The notes: generated from the letters alone by a model not told the origin. A stretch of 64,000 bases of DNA from Mobula hypostoma (GCF_963921235.1 NC_086097.1:87856001-87920000), one strand, 5' to 3'; counted from the stretch's first letter, positions 1 through 13,645 are shown. Made by a program: numbers and translations.

Positions 1-72
1 AATATGTTGCTTCAAATCTTTACATAACATGATTTTGTCTAGTTCTGAATCTTGATGAGATGGATTTAGGTT

Positions 73-340
73 GGCACAGTGGACCTTCTGGTATAGCTGC
101 TGCCTAACATTTCCGGTGACGCAGGTTCAATCCTGATCTCCAGTGTGGAATTTACACGTTCTCCCTGTAGGTTAATTGTTCATTATAAATTGCCCTCACT
201 TTAGGGGTGAGTGACAGAACCTGTGAATAGTTGAGGGGAATATGGGGAGAACAAAGTGGGGATTAGTCCAAATGGGTGCTTGATGTTTGATGTGGACTTT
301 GTGAACCAAAGGGTTTGTTTCTGTGCTGAATGGCTGTAAA
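73..340 (+). mobile_element. Degenerate tRNA-derived SINE (V-SINE/HE1-like)
   Basis: ggcacagtgg...gctgctgcct...ggttcaatcc (box B-like) head, acgttctccctgt core, CR1-type tail. Similar to 41648-41980. Confidence 0.65.
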
Positions 341-1279
341 TCCATTTTTAAGGTTCCTGAGATTGTTGTTCATTTTGCCACAGTAGAGACATTTCTTTTA
401 GCCATTAATGATTGTTTTCGGCTTTCAGAAGTCCTTCAGGTTGGATATAAGGATCGCATATGAGAGTATGTGCGACAAGTATAGATGAGTACGTGATAGT
501 TAGAATTAATGCGGTGTTTTTATGCTGTATGACTCTATCACATAATTGCTGATGGCTTGGAAACAACTGAGGTCTGCTCACCTTTGACTTAATCCATTAG
601 TGAAAGCATGTCACCTACATCAGTCGGATAATCTGCCCACATCTGAAGAGATGACTAATTAGGCTGTCTTCTCTGGATGAGCAACTCGCACATTGTGCTA
701 CTTTCTGGTTTACAAGGGTACAGAGAACTGTAATGTTTCAAACGGGGGACTCTCCCACAGACACCCTCTGCAGAAATACTCCCTAATGCTTAAGCTATAG
801 TTAGTTCAGCTTGCTTGCCAAAGGAATACTTTTGTTCACTCAGAACTCATGCAAACTATAGTATCTAAAATCAGCAATCATTTTCAAATGCCTCAATTCT
901 GTGTCCCTGGGATCACTACAGCTGAATTACAATGAGTGGGAAATCTCATGTTTACTGTGCCATTTTCAGGAAGGGCCCAGTTTGTGATTTGTGTCTTAAA
1001 ATTACAAATGCCTTTTCAGATAAAATAAAATTATGTGCAGACTTCAGAACCAATATCAAAATAACATTTTAAAGGGGATGAATGAGCACTGAGACCTTAA
1101 ATGTTTATGAAAACTTTTATAATGGTAGGTCAAATTGATATGCCTAGTTCTTTTTAGAAAAAAAGTATACATTTTACAAACGGGTGTAGAGCAAACAAAA
1201 AGCAGCCATCCAAACTAATGCTTACATTTCTGAATGAGAACTGTGTTCAATTGTATGAACTACCCTTTATGAATAATGT

Positions 1280-1600
1280 TAAGGCCTTGAAAGGATGTCA
1301 TGAGAATTCCAAGAATGTTATCGGAATGAGGGGGTCCAGTCCTCTGCAATATCTGACATTACTCTCCTTTAAGCAAAGAAGTTGAAGAGAAGACTTATTG
1401 AAATGTTCAAAATCAAGGTGCTATGATAGAGTGGAAAATTTGTCTTTTAGCACAGGAGTTAATCAAAAAAGCTCAGATTTAATGTAATAGCCAAAAACTA
1501 AAAGGTAGAATGAGATTTTGCTTTGTACAAACACACTGAAAGGCTAATGGAAGCAAATTCAGTAACAGTTTTGGAAGGTCTTATTGGGTAGTGCTACTCC
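1280..1600 (+). mobile_element. Old CR1 LINE 3' fragment
   Basis: Degenerate similarity to the CR1 RT C-terminus (aggccttgaaagg...gagaagacttattgaaatgttcaaaat) seen intact at 35800-36150. Confidence 0.55.
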
Positions 1601-2619
1601 AAAGAAAGTTGATGTGCTTGAGTGCTTTTAGTTCTAGAGTCTGAACATTCACACGTATGCACCAACTACACTTTTGTAAAAAGACATCCACTTGGGCTAC
1701 ACATTGTTCATTTCTGGACTGTGAACCTTGTCCAAATCCTGGTCAGGGCATTCCTGTAGCAAAGACACATCACTGCAGGGCTTGGTGTAGAATCAAGCAA
1801 TGAGGCATTCTGCAGAGTCTGCCTGAAAAGGATGTTGCTGGGTTGACCAGGATGAGATGCTCAGTGTCTGATGAAAGATCCGTCGCTCCTTGTTTTTGCT
1901 TGGCTATGCAGCTTTCCCCAAGCTGGAGCTTTCTCAATGAACGACCAGGGATCACCTTTTGAGCCTATTACCATGGAGCCATCTTCAGGCTTGGGAGAGT
2001 TATGCAGACAGGCAAAAATGCGAATACATCACTTCAATAGGAGTAGTGAAGGAGACATAGGATCTGGGCCTTATGCCAACACGCTGCTGCTAGTCCCACA
2101 CTCGCCCTACTGGGGAGAGTGTAGCCTTGAATCCTGCAGTTTGGCATTGACAGGCATAAGCAGCCATCACATGTTGCAGTGAGATCATTTTAACTGTTAC
2201 ATCACTGTGTGAGTTCCAGTGGAGGCCTGAGGCCTCAACCAGGTTCCCGGCACAGTAGCAGTAGCATATCTTTTACCACCGATTGATTTCCCCAAGACTC
2301 GTGATTCCTGAGTGTGTAATGAGATAATTACTGGCAAGGAAAAAGAACATGATAGTGGGACTCTTTGGATCTTAGATGAGCTCAGTGGGTTTGCTTTCTG
2401 TTGTATGATCTTTCGATTTTAAAACTGTACCTGAAAATTTCATCAGTAGTGGTAGAAAGACAGAGCTGTATTGTGAGGTTTCAGGTCATTTTAACCATTG
2501 AGAGATTGTGGTTGATTTTTTTCTGTAGACTAAAACTTTCATAAGCACTGTTAACTTCTCGGAAGCTGCTTAGTGTCGGACAGATCTGTTGGAATTCTTT
2601 GAGGAAGTAATAAGCAGGA

Positions 2620-3690
2620 TGTTTGTTACTTGAGTTTTCAGAAGACCTTTGACAATGTGCGCACGTGAAGTGGATAAACAAGATCTGAAGATTGGCAGAC
2701 TATTGGAAGGCAGAGAGTGGGAATAAAGGGGGCCTTTTCTGGTTAGCTACCAGTAGTTTTTCATGTTCTATGTTAATGATCTGGATGACGGAATTGATGG
2801 TTTTGTGGCCAGGTTTGCGGATGATGCAAAGATAGGTGGAGGGACAGACAGTGTTGAGGAAGCAATAAGTCTGCAGAAAGACTTGTACAGAAGGTGAAGA
2901 AGTGGCAGATGGAATACAATATAGGGCAGTGCACCTTGGTAGAAGAAATAAGGGAATAAGACTATTATCTAAATGTGGAAAGAGTTCAGAAATTGGAGAT
3001 GCAAAGGGATTGGGAGTCCTAGTGCATGATTTTCTAAAGGTTAACTTGTAGGTTGAGTTGGTGGTAAGGAAGCAAATGCTTGCTCTTGAAAGGACAAGAA
3101 TATAAAAGCAAGGCTGTAATGCTGAGATTTTATAAGGCATTAATCAGACTGCATTATTGTGAACATTTTTTGGCTCCTTATTTAAGAAAAGATGTGCTGA
3201 TGTTGGAGAGGGTTCAGAGGAGGATTACAAGAATGGTCCCAGGGATAATAGATTAATGTATAAGGAGCGTTTAATGTTTCTGTGCCTGTACTCAATGGAG
3301 TTTAGAAGGATGAGAGGGTGGGGGAAGGAATCTTATTGAAACCTACCTACCGAATATTGAAAGGTCTGGGCAAAGTGTGGAGAGGATGTTTTAAGTATGT
3401 AGGAGAATCCAAGACCAGAGTGCATGGCCTTTGAATTAACGTACATCCCATTAAAGCAGAGATGAAGAGAAATTTCTTTGACCAGAGGGTAGAGAATCTG
3501 TGGAATTCATTGTCACAGAGGGCTGCAGGGACCAAGTCATTGGGTATATTTAAAGTGGAGGCTATGGATTCATGATTAGTAATGGGAAGAATACAGAAGA
3601 ATGCAGATGAGAGGGGAAAACTATATCAGCCATGTAGCAGTGGTAGGCTCGATGGGCTGAATAGCCTAATTCAGCTCCTATGTCTTATTC
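2620..3690 (+). mobile_element. CR1 LINE (HER1-like), 5'-truncated, degenerate
   Basis: RT motifs FQKTFD and FADDAKI (tttgcggatgatgcaaagata), plus 3' tail gatgggctgaatagcctaattcagctcctatgtctt. Confidence 0.85.
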
Positions 3691-6600
3691 ATGCTCTTAG
3701 TTGCCTTTACTTTAGACAATTTGTGATCAAGGTAGGATGACTTGTAATATCTGTATGATCCAATGCCCTGGTCAGGAAGTCCACCTGGCAGATGATATGG
3801 CATGGTAATGAAGTGACCTTGCATTGTGGCACACTTGTCCAGAACCAGACTTACAGTTTGAACTGATCTTAAAACCATTTTGCCTTTGGAGGTATTTGTG
3901 AGGTCATGCAGAATAATGCTGCCACTCCCAAAGCAGTGCTGCAATTCACCACTGGGTGAATCTTTCATCCTGGCGTACAACTTGACTTTCGATTACCATT
4001 CTTTCCACTTCCCTGTCTGCTCAGTCAGTCAGTTCTGATCAAGAGCTGCAGTGTTCTTACTGCGCAAGCAATCATCTCTGCACCTCAGCCTCAGAATTAA
4101 ATTGCATGGGTCGAATTGAAACCTCAGATGTTTGCAAATGATCTGTTTGGTCCTTTTTACCAGGACTTGGATTTTTGAGTTATTTTCAATTCAGCTCGGG
4201 AGTTCTCTTTTGGTTATGGTGATTCTTTGGCAAAATCACCCATCGTTAAGTAAAAGCTTCAAACAAATCAATTGGCTTTCAGCTTCTATAATAAATGTCT
4301 TCTGAGTTGATCATGTGAGTGATAATCTTCATCCATTGCTGCCAACTTTTTTATTGTCTTACAAATCTCTGGCCAGCCAAAAGTTCTGGATTGTATACTT
4401 GGTCAGTAGTCATTGGACAAAAGCCACATTCATATAGCAAAATGCAGAGTAAACTTTGCAAAAGATTCTGCCAGTTCCAGTTTTATCATGGTTTGGTGGC
4501 ATTGTTTCAAGTTATTCTTTTAAAACTGAAGAATTCAATCCTGCCTTGAACAGCACATCTTGTGCATAATTAAACTTGTTATTACACAGTTCAGTGGGCA
4601 TCATTCTTGTGTACAGAGTACATGGTTGTGCAATTCAGTTATCAAATGCCTCTGTCATTCAGCTGAACCACGGTCCTACCTCTGAAACTTTCGAAGGAAC
4701 AATACAAAAGTTGTTGAAGGCAGCAGTGACTGAGAACTGTTGCCTTCTGAAGGCACAGCTTCAGCTCCAGAATGCCTGAACCACTCTTCCCACAGTTGTT
4801 TTGAATTCCTCAGTGTCCAGCTCATTTCAACCAGCAGCCAATGTGGCTATTTGCAGCAAACCGCAGGAGCAATTTCACCAGTTCCCTCTACTACTCATTC
4901 TGGTGCCAGGGTCAGCACAAAGCATCCTGCTACATTACCCCACTCTCCTAAGCACAGTAATTAACTCTCAACCTGCATCACCTCAACAGGCAAGAGCACT
5001 TACCATGTGGATCTTTTAATATTTCCAAGGTGGAGTGACAGTCTGCCAGTATCCTTGTTTGGTAACCTTTTCCCATTCCTTCATTCTATTGTCTTCCTCC
5101 ACAAGAACTGTAGGACAGAAAGACAGGGGTAGGTCCTCAACATCTGCTGGCAATTAAGGATTTTAGAGAATTAAGAGAAAACGGAACATGCAAAACGATA
5201 AATTTATTTTTTTTATCCTTTCTTTTCTGGTGTCCCCTTTGGCACAGATTATGAAAGCAAATCAGTAAGTCTATACATTCAATCAAATGAAAGAATAATA
5301 CTGTTGTTAACACAGCACTCTTGAACATCATCTTCCATCCTGTTTGCCTTTCCTAATGCTTTTATAGTAGCTATAGCAGATGTTAGTGGATAATTGCAGG
5401 CAAAGAGGCTACAAATTGCCTCGAAGATTGATCACCTTTGCATTATCTTACCATGGCAGACAACAACAGTCTGGACTAGTAGACTAGGAGGCAACTATAT
5501 TTTGCATTGGTGGATTCATGAAGAATGTCTTTATGTGTGAATGACTTGCTAAGCAGTCAACCTCCGCTGGATGTGCTTTGAAAGTGGTAAAGACCGCTAA
5601 ACCTTAATGGTGGATATTGGGCTGGCAAATAACATCAGTTTCATTTTAACTTATCCCATTTGTTCCATGAAAGAACTGAGGCAAGAATGAAGATAAATAC
5701 ATTTTTTACAATACAAAACCAGAAGGAAAGGAAGTGCTCTCATGAAAAGAAGCAGCCAACACGTGGGAATATGCAACATTTTAAACGGGCTAAAACCATG
5801 AAAAAATAGTGTCTGCTTTTCTTTGCTGATTATTTCTACCAAGAAAGATTTGATCGCTGCAGGGAAGTCCTACATTTTATTTTTAAAAAAGTAATCATCA
5901 CTGTTTGGTTTATTGATTTTACCATCAAAAGAGAAGACTTTTGAAGCTAATGTACCGCATTGCCTCAATGTGGAATATGCTTTCACAACCTCAGCTCTAA
6001 AGGAGTGTGCATATGGAACACACAAATTAACAAAACTGACTTGTTCAAGGAGAAGAGCCAAATCTACATGCAGGTTTGAAAAGGGAGAGGGGATCAATTA
6101 AACAGAGCATTTATAATGAGAACTTCCAGCTACCAGTCAACATTAGTGTCATTATAATGGTGCCTGGAAGCCAGATGTATCTCCTTTGCCTGTTATACAT
6201 CTGTGATCCCTGCCCTTTGGTAAATAGATATTGGGCATGAATTTGAAGCATCAGAAGCTAATTATGAAAGTCATTGCAAACAGGGATCACCTTATTCCCT
6301 GTGTTGGAGCTCCAGTGCTGAATTAATTATTAATCATCTTAATACTTTTTTCCCCCCAGAGTAAAGTTGTTTTACCCTCCCAGATCTCTGAATATAGTTG
6401 CTGTAGTAAACAGAGTTTGCCTGATAAAATAAATATAGACCTGTCTTAATATAGAATGAAATGCAAAACACTGCATCAATAGGCATTGAGTATTAATTCA
6501 AAGTATCTTTATTATATTTACTGTAGTTAATATGTCTTTTTGTTCTTGTCAGTATTTTTCACAGGTAACCATGATCGTTGTCTGGTTGATAAGACTCTCT

Positions 6601-7984
6601 AAAAGATACTGAACTACTTACAATACTCCATGCATAGATTCTCAGATGGATTAGGCAACCAGGAGGCAGCTGCTGGTTCTGCTTTCGGATACAAAATTAG
6701 TTTAAGCAGGGGCTTGCGGGCAGTGAATCTCCTGGGTGATACATCCCTTACGTGGTCGTTCTTGCTGCATTTTATATATAATATGTTTCATATTCTCTTT
6801 TTCTAAATGCACTGAACTATTGTGCTGATGTGATTTGTGATGAGTTGGAAACATTTCACATCAGGAATATAAAATCGCTTCTGTCGTTCACCTGTCTTAC
6901 ACATTCTGTTAAATTAGGATGCAGTACAAATAACAGATGAGTTGATGACATGTCTAATCTTATTCTTTGCAGCTTTGCTTTATAAACTGTTCACTTCACA
7001 AAAAATTAACTTTACTGCTTGGTGGCATTATCTAATGATTGATTGAATATCATAACAGTTTGATTTCTAAATCCGTTTCTGACTTGAGAGTGAAAAATTT
7101 ATCCAGAGACAGAACACAAATATTATATTCAAAATAACATTTAAGCTTTTTCTTTGAGTACTTTGTAGTGGCTTCTTGAATTGTTCACTAATTCCAAACA
7201 TGGACCCTAGCACTTTCTGTGGAAAATAAATAGTACAGGCTGAAGGGACAAAATAAAGTGCTTAATCACTGGAATACTGGATGATGAACTGTCAACCACA
7301 ACAAAATCAGAGACAATAATCTGAGTTTCTGTTCTTTTTGAGTAAATACTGATGCATGTCTACATTAGCTGATAGCTATTTCGTGCATGCTGCAAATGTC
7401 TGCACAATAAAAGATCTTTTCATTGGCTTACATATTGCAAACCTTTGGAACCACAAGTGAAACATGTTGCACAAGTAAAAGAGAAGTTGTACTGCTGCTG
7501 ATTTCTAGTGATTTTAGCCAGCAAAAGCACACACAAGTTTGCTTAGAAAGGAATATACTGAAAGCATGCAATACAGGAGAGGTGGGGGGTGGGGAAAGCC
7601 ACAGTCCCTTAGCTTAGTCTCTCAAGTGAGCTTCAAAAGTCGTAAGGTATTTCCTTTGACCTGGGGAAGTGTCCAAAGGCAATAAATTGTTGATGAAGAT
7701 CAAGAATGAATTCAGTTTTCCTGACCTTGGAGTAGGGAAAGTTTCAGCTCATACAGGGCTAGAGACCGGACATGCCATCTGAGCCAACCAAATGTTGTGG
7801 TTGAGCTCAGCAGAAGCTGTGCTGGATCCTACTGGAGACTATGGGAGCTGATTTTGTGTATCATAAAGATTGGAATTTACATTAAGGGAACGAATTGGCA
7901 GTAGATTCTGGAGAAGGTGAGAAGTGTAGTGATTGATCTGTGTTAGAATACTGCAGAACAAAACTATAAAAATGGAGTAGCTCT

Positions 7985-8400
7985 TCATGCATGGTGGGGT
8001 GGAGGTGCATTTCTACTAAAGGAGGTGCATTTCTACTAAAGGAGGTGCAAGGTGCTCTTTCCTTCTGCTGGCCTGCAGGTCATCCTTGGACAAGGTGTAA
8101 CACCAACTTAGGGCCCCCCCCCCCGATCAAGGTCACATGAAGCCATGGTGCAGGTGGTGGATGGTCCTATGAGCAACTGGTGCATAGCAAAAGTCCTGGC
8201 TACATGACAACTGACACCAGGCAGACAATTTCTGAAGAGTATTGATAATGGCTGGGCTCACCCATCTTGTAAAGGCACTGCCCACAAGAAAGCAATGGCA
8301 AACCAGTTTGTAGAAAACTTTTGCCAAGAACAATCATGGTCATGGAAAGACCTTGATTGCCCACGTCATACGGCGTGGCACATAACAAACGATGAATGAG
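7985..8400 (+). mobile_element. RTE-type non-autonomous element/SINE with a 20-bp tandem duplication at 8001-8040
   Basis: gaaagcaatggcaaacca resembles the BovB/RTE-type motif, with RTE-like 3' end catggaaagacc...ggcacataacaaacgatgaatga. ggaggtgcatttctactaaa occurs twice. Confidence 0.55.
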
Positions 8401-9055
8401 CTTCATGGTAATGAACAGAAACATTGGAGGAGGAGCACATGATGGACCTTGATAAAGTTAGGAATTCAAGGAAGTAGCATACATCTTGGTTATTGCCACC
8501 AGAAAAAAAAAGTATTTGTCATATTGATTTGGATAGTTTCCGTGATGTGATAGAGATCAGAAAAGTCATTGGAGGAGGTTGATGGGGAATGCAAAAAGCC
8601 AGAAGCAAATTAGCTGGTGAAGACCTAATTAAAGAAATGGTGAGCAAAGGGCAGCAAATGGTTGTAGCTAAGAGGATCAAGGGTCAATACTTTTGAAGAA
8701 GAAAATTCGCACAATCAGCAAGTTGGTTGCAGTGGGCTTGAGAGAGGATGGGGTAGAAACCCCATAGAATCCAGGAAATGTCAAAGGCTCTGGACCTGAG
8801 ATAATACTAGATTTCGTATGGCAATGGCTGAGGATGTGAGCTGATGGTTGTCTTTCTAATCAAGAAGTAAAGAGAGACCAGTTAACAAATAGCTAGGGAA
8901 ATTTCAGAAATAATCTGTGAACTAAGGTTTATGATCAACCATGTACTGAGATTGGCAATGGAAATCTGTCTTTGTTTCAGCTGTTTGCAACAATAATTAT
9001 GTGTCCGTGGTGTAATGAAATATTTCAAAAGAATTTTCCCTTGTTCTGATTTTAG

Positions 9056-9328
9056 GGGCTGTTCAGAGATGTACCGCATGCCTGTAATGGAATACAAAGT
9101 AAACAATGAAGGGATTCCATATGAGTTTAAACTGCCATTCAAAAATAGCAATAAGTGGCAGCGGGGAGTTCCGTCATCCCATAGTACAGTTCAATCCCAA
9201 TCCCAGACACAAAGTGAATCTGCAAACAGGATGATGTCAGCATCAGGCAGCAGGACCCAGCCACAAGAACGCAGCTCTGCCATGCCACGCAGTGCTTCTA
9301 GTGATGGACGTTCATTGGACACCAAGAG
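9056..9328 (+). CDS. SIPA1L1: SIPA1L1 internal coding exon (first exon after the PDZ domain), 273 nt, phase 2/2
   Basis: Acceptor tttag|G at 9054-55, donor AG|gtttgt at 9329. Encodes GCSEMYRMPVMEYKVNNEGIPYEFKLPFKNSNKWQR...PRSASSDGRSLDTK, matching mammalian SIPA1L1 as I recall it (GCSETYRMPVMEYK...PRSISSDGRPLE). Confidence 0.93.
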
Positions 9329-9974
9329 GTTTGTCATTTTCTTTTTTTCGGGCGCAATGTAGCAAAATGTCAAGTTTAAAATAATAATTTTGTAGAAGCT
9401 GTGTTTAGTTAAAAGTTCAATAATGTAATTAAATTCTAAAAATGCATAATTATCTAAGACAAAACTTGTATTCTTGTCTGTACCTCAAATGTGGGGGAAA
9501 ACACTGAGCAATGAAAAAGAAATTTAAATGATTTCTATTAGGTTTAATGTTTTTTCTGGAAACCTTGCTATGTGGGAAGCATATATTGTCTGGAGATGCT
9601 CTGTCTCAGATTCATCAATGTGAAGCTGGGCTTAAAGGGTTACTTTTCGTGTGTGTACAGATGCATAGACTGATTTTGGTTTCCCTTTCAAAAGTTTTAA
9701 GTAAACTTGGGACTATTGTACCAAGATTGGTATATGGAGTTATGGTACAGGTCGTTCAGCTGTTTGATATGTCTCAGTTGATAGCATTGTGCATTCAAGT
9801 CACAGAGTCTTAAACACAAAAGTCTAGGCTTCAGTGTAATGTTGAATTGGATTCCCATCTTTTGGGTCAGGAACTGTACTGAAGCTTAATCTTCCCTCTC
9901 AAATGGAAATAATGGAAGATATCATGCTATGTTGAAGAAGAGATTTCCCTGGTATTCTGTTCAAGATTTATCCA

Positions 9975-11440
9975 TCAGACTCAGGTTTAATATCACTGGC
10001 ATATGTCATAAATTTTGTTGTTTTGCAGCTGCAGTACAGTGCAATTTAGGAAAAAAAATTAAAAATCACAATAATAAATAAATAAAATTAAATAATTAGT
10101 GCAAAAAGAGAGCAAAAAAGGTGAGGTAGTGTTCTTAATATGGTTTATTTCCTGTTTAGAAACCTGATGGTGGAGGGCAAGAAGTTGTTCCTAAAATGTT
10201 GAGTATGTGTCTTTAGGCTCCTGTACCATTTCCTTGATGGTCTGTCTGTCTGTCTAGGTACCATATCTGATGCGGACTTTGGTGACCATGGTTTTTCATA
10301 TAGATCTATCCTTTGTTTTTGGGATGACTTCCATTTTCTCGATGTGTAGCCACCTGGCTATGCTTTTGATGTACATAAGCCGAGGTCTTCCTCTAGGTTT
10401 ACTCCCCGCAATCTTTCCAGAGAGTATGAGTTTTTCTAGTTCATCTTTCTGCATTATGTGTCCTAGGAATCTGAGTTGTCTTTCTCTCATTGTTGGTATG
10501 AGTGATCGAACTGCTTGGCCTCTTCTGAGAACTTCTTCATTTGATGTATGTGTGGTCCATGATATTTTTAACATTCTCCTGTAGAACCATAATTCAGCTG
10601 CTTCTAGTCTGTTTTCCATTGCTGGAGAAATGGTCCAGCATTCACTTCCATAAGTCAGGATAGAATAAATGTAGCACTGCAGTATTCTGCTCATCTTTCT
10701 GTCTGTTAATATGATCTTCATTTTTTGGAAAGCTTCTTTCGCCATTGCTATTCTGTATTTGATATCTGTGTCACACCTGCCATTACTTGTTATTAGGCTG
10801 CCAAGATATTTGAATTTGTTGACTTGTTTGATGTTTGTATTTCCGATCTTGATCACACATTGTGGGATGTTTGTCTTTCTGGAGATGACCTTGCTTTCTG
10901 TCTTCTTGGTGTTGATTGAGAGGCCTCTGCGATTACTTTCTGCTGCCACTATAGTGAGTAGTTCTTGAAGTTTTGTTTCTGAGTCAGCTATTAGTACAAT
11001 GTCATCAGCATATCTGATATTTATATTATGGCCTCCAATTGTGAATCCTTTGATGTCTTTGATACTTCTCAAGATATTTTCACTATACAGGTTGAATAAG
11101 TCTGGTGAAAAGACACAACCTTGCCTGACTCCTCTCATGATATTCAGATACTCACTCACTTCTCCTTCTATTCTGACGGGTGCGGTCTGGTCCCAGTATA
11201 AGTTTCTTAAGAAACATATATATTTCCCATCTATGTCAAGATCTTGAAGCATTTCCGGAAGATCTTACTGTCTGACAGTGTCAAAAGCTTTTGTATAGTC
11301 AATGAAACATAGGTAGATGTCTTCTTGTACCTGGATGGCTTGTTTGCAGATCACCCGTAGCATAAAAATTGCATGGTAGCAATAAGAAGAGGGCATGTCC
11401 TGGGTGATAGGGATCCTTAATGATGGATGCTGGGTTTTTT
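9975..11440 (-). mobile_element. Rex1/Babar-like LINE 3' fragment interrupted by the RTE element
   Basis: Begins tcagactcaggtttaatatcactggcat (family tail). Sequence ...ccttgatgg resumes as tagcaataagaagagggcatgtcctggg after 11372, as in the uninterrupted copy at 25788-26590. Confidence 0.75.
10242..11372 (-). mobile_element. RTE-clade LINE, 5'-truncated, RT C-terminal half still open (318 aa)
   Basis: ORF 10296-11252 with GVRQGCVFSPDLFNLY, RYADD, FKYLGS and GSKPRGRPR. (AGAC)n tail at 10242-10256, atggt repeated on both sides. Confidence 0.9.
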
Positions 11441-11714
11441 TTCTAAATCCTACTTTTGCCAGACATAATACTGGTTGTGGGAGCTGGCTATATATTCAGC
11501 TCCCAAAATCAAAATCAATAACGTTACTACTTGACTATACTTCAGAAGTACTTCACTGATTATCAAGCACTTTGTCATTTATAGAAAAATGCTAATCTGT
11601 TTTCATTTGCTGGTTGAGATGTGGGCTGGCCTCTGTGACTGGAGAAGGAACATGAAAAGTATAACACACAGAAACAGGAAAACAATAAAAAAAAATCTTA
11701 AAATAACCAAGTAA

Positions 11715-11800
11715 CTCACAGAAAATGCTGGAGGAACTGAGCAGGCCAGGCAGCATCTATGGAAAAGAGTATAGTCGACATTTCAGGCCGAGACCCTTCA
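11715..11800 (-). mobile_element. Short PLE-derived terminal fragment with a truncated hammerhead
   Basis: aaaatgctggaggaactgagcaggccaggcagcatct...gtcgacatttcaggccgagacccttca matches the PLE terminus at 17751-17848. Confidence 0.7.
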
Positions 11801-13154
11801 TAGCTCTGTACAAAATCTGGGTGACACCCACTACAGTAAAATTATAGTAATGACAATGAATATGAGAAAATGTTCAAGACTGCAACACATATACTAGGTT
11901 CATAACACAATGAATTTTAATCCTGTGGTGAGTGGTGCCTTCCATTCCCACTTCATTTTGTTGGATTTAGTGTTATTTTATTAGGAGTTCAAAAGGAATG
12001 GAAGATTGTTTCAGGATGTAGTCCAACTAATGTGCATGGCAAGAGGCATCTAATAGCTTATGCAAACTAAATAGAATCTATGACTCGGTAATAAATCAAC
12101 TAGAAGTGTTTGCAAGGAATTTGTGGTTCCTAAATTCTAAATGGTGCTTAATCTATGGTGGATAGAGTCTAATTGGTGCTAAAGTTAATTGTTGCAACCT
12201 GGGAGAGGTGCCAAATTGCCAAGGGTACAGTACTTGGCTTGCGCACATGTTTCTGTATCTTTATGTTTGTGTGTGGCTATGTATATACATGGTGTAAATG
12301 TGATATGGTCCAGTTTAAGGACCTCTTAGATCAGGGATTCCCAACCTGGAATCCACCCACTCCTCATGGCATTAAAAAGGATTGGGACCTAGATGGAAGA
12401 GATCTAAAGATTGGTCATTTGGACAATATTGGGAGCCTCTGATTATTATGCTGCAATGGAAGAAGTAGAGAAATGATTATAATTAAACCACATGTCCCTT
12501 TAATCTGCATTTCAGGTCACTTTAAGCAAAAAGGTATAGTGCAGCAAAAATTGGTAGTGGCCAAATGCATCATGAATTTTTATAAGGATAATTGGGGTTT
12601 TCTACCTCTTGGCGACTGATATTTGGATACATTATGTTAATTTAGCAATGCATCTGAATTTGGTGTTTCAATCAATTCAGCTTCTTCTTCCATTTTCTGT
12701 AATGGAACCTTTTGGAAGGTTGATGATAACCTGCTGGTGTTTTCTGCCATAACCTGGCAAAAGGCTTGAATAAATTCCTTGATTACTTAGGATGATATTC
12801 AAAAGTGTCGTGCTTGCAATTCCATCTGCATGTACCAGTGAAAACGGAAAGTGGAAGTGCCCAGCAGCACAGAGAGAAGAACATTTCAGAGAAGTGACTT
12901 CTTATCCTGACAAGAATTAACTGGTTTTTCTCTCAGCCTGAATACTGCTCAGCCTGTTGCTTCCAATATTTTCTTTTTTAATTCCAGGTTTACACCATCT
13001 GGAGTATTTTAGTTTTTGATTTCTGCCTGTTGAACTTGTGTTTCATGGCACCCCCTCCACGGTTATCCTTCTGAATTGAACCTCCAAATTGAAGTTGATG
13101 GATGAAATCAGTTGGATCTTTTTCAAAAAAAAAAGTATGTGGGGAATTGATTAG

Positions 13155-13645
13155 GTTCAAAGTAAATTTATTATCAAAGTGCATACATGTCACTTTATAC
13201 AACCTTGAGATTAATTTTCTTGTGGACACGCTCAATAAATCTATAGAATAATAAACAACAGAATTCATGAAAGACCATGCAACTAGGGCATTCATTCAGG
13301 CTGCAGAAGACAGCAAACTGTGCAAATACAAAAAAAGAAATAATAAAAATAAATAAATTAGTAATAAATATTTAGAACATGAAATGATGAGTCCAAGAAA
13401 GTGAGTCCATTGGTTGTGCGAACATTTCAATGATGACGATGAATGAAGTTATTCCCTTTGGTTCAAGAGCCTGATTGTTGATGGGTAGTAACTGCTCTTG
13501 AACCTGGTGGTCTGAGTCCTGAGGATCCTGTACCTGGCAGCAGTGAGAAGAGAGCATGTTCTGGGTCTTGGGGGTCCCTGCTTTCCTAAGGCAATGTTCG
13601 ATACAAATATGCTCAATGGTGGGGAAAGCTTTACCACTGATACCC
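13155..13645 (-). mobile_element. Rex1/Babar-like LINE 3' fragment
   Basis: Minus-strand RYRILRTQTTRFKSSYYPSTIRLLN and EHICIEHCLRKA are RT C-terminus remnants. Confidence 0.75.

Larger units (their letters stand above)
9800..11605 (+). mobile_element. DeuSINE-like (SacSINE1/AmnSINE-type) element, split into ~9800-9975 and ~11460-11605 by nested insertions
   Basis: Deu-like core (ccctctcaaatgga...gaagaagagatttccctggtattctg...atttatcc) resumes with gttgtgggagctggct and an L2-type tail (gactatacttcagaagtacttcactga...aagcacttt). Confidence 0.55.

Noticed and set aside
5900..6100. PQCGICF in an alternative frame, resembling a hAT/Buster BED finger
   Set aside because: Too short and degenerate, with no TIRs or further transposase motifs seen.
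1770..6101. Many 60-150 aa ORFs as possible genes
   Set aside because: No recognisable domains or splice-consistent frames. They are chance ORFs or antisense frames of CR1 remnants.
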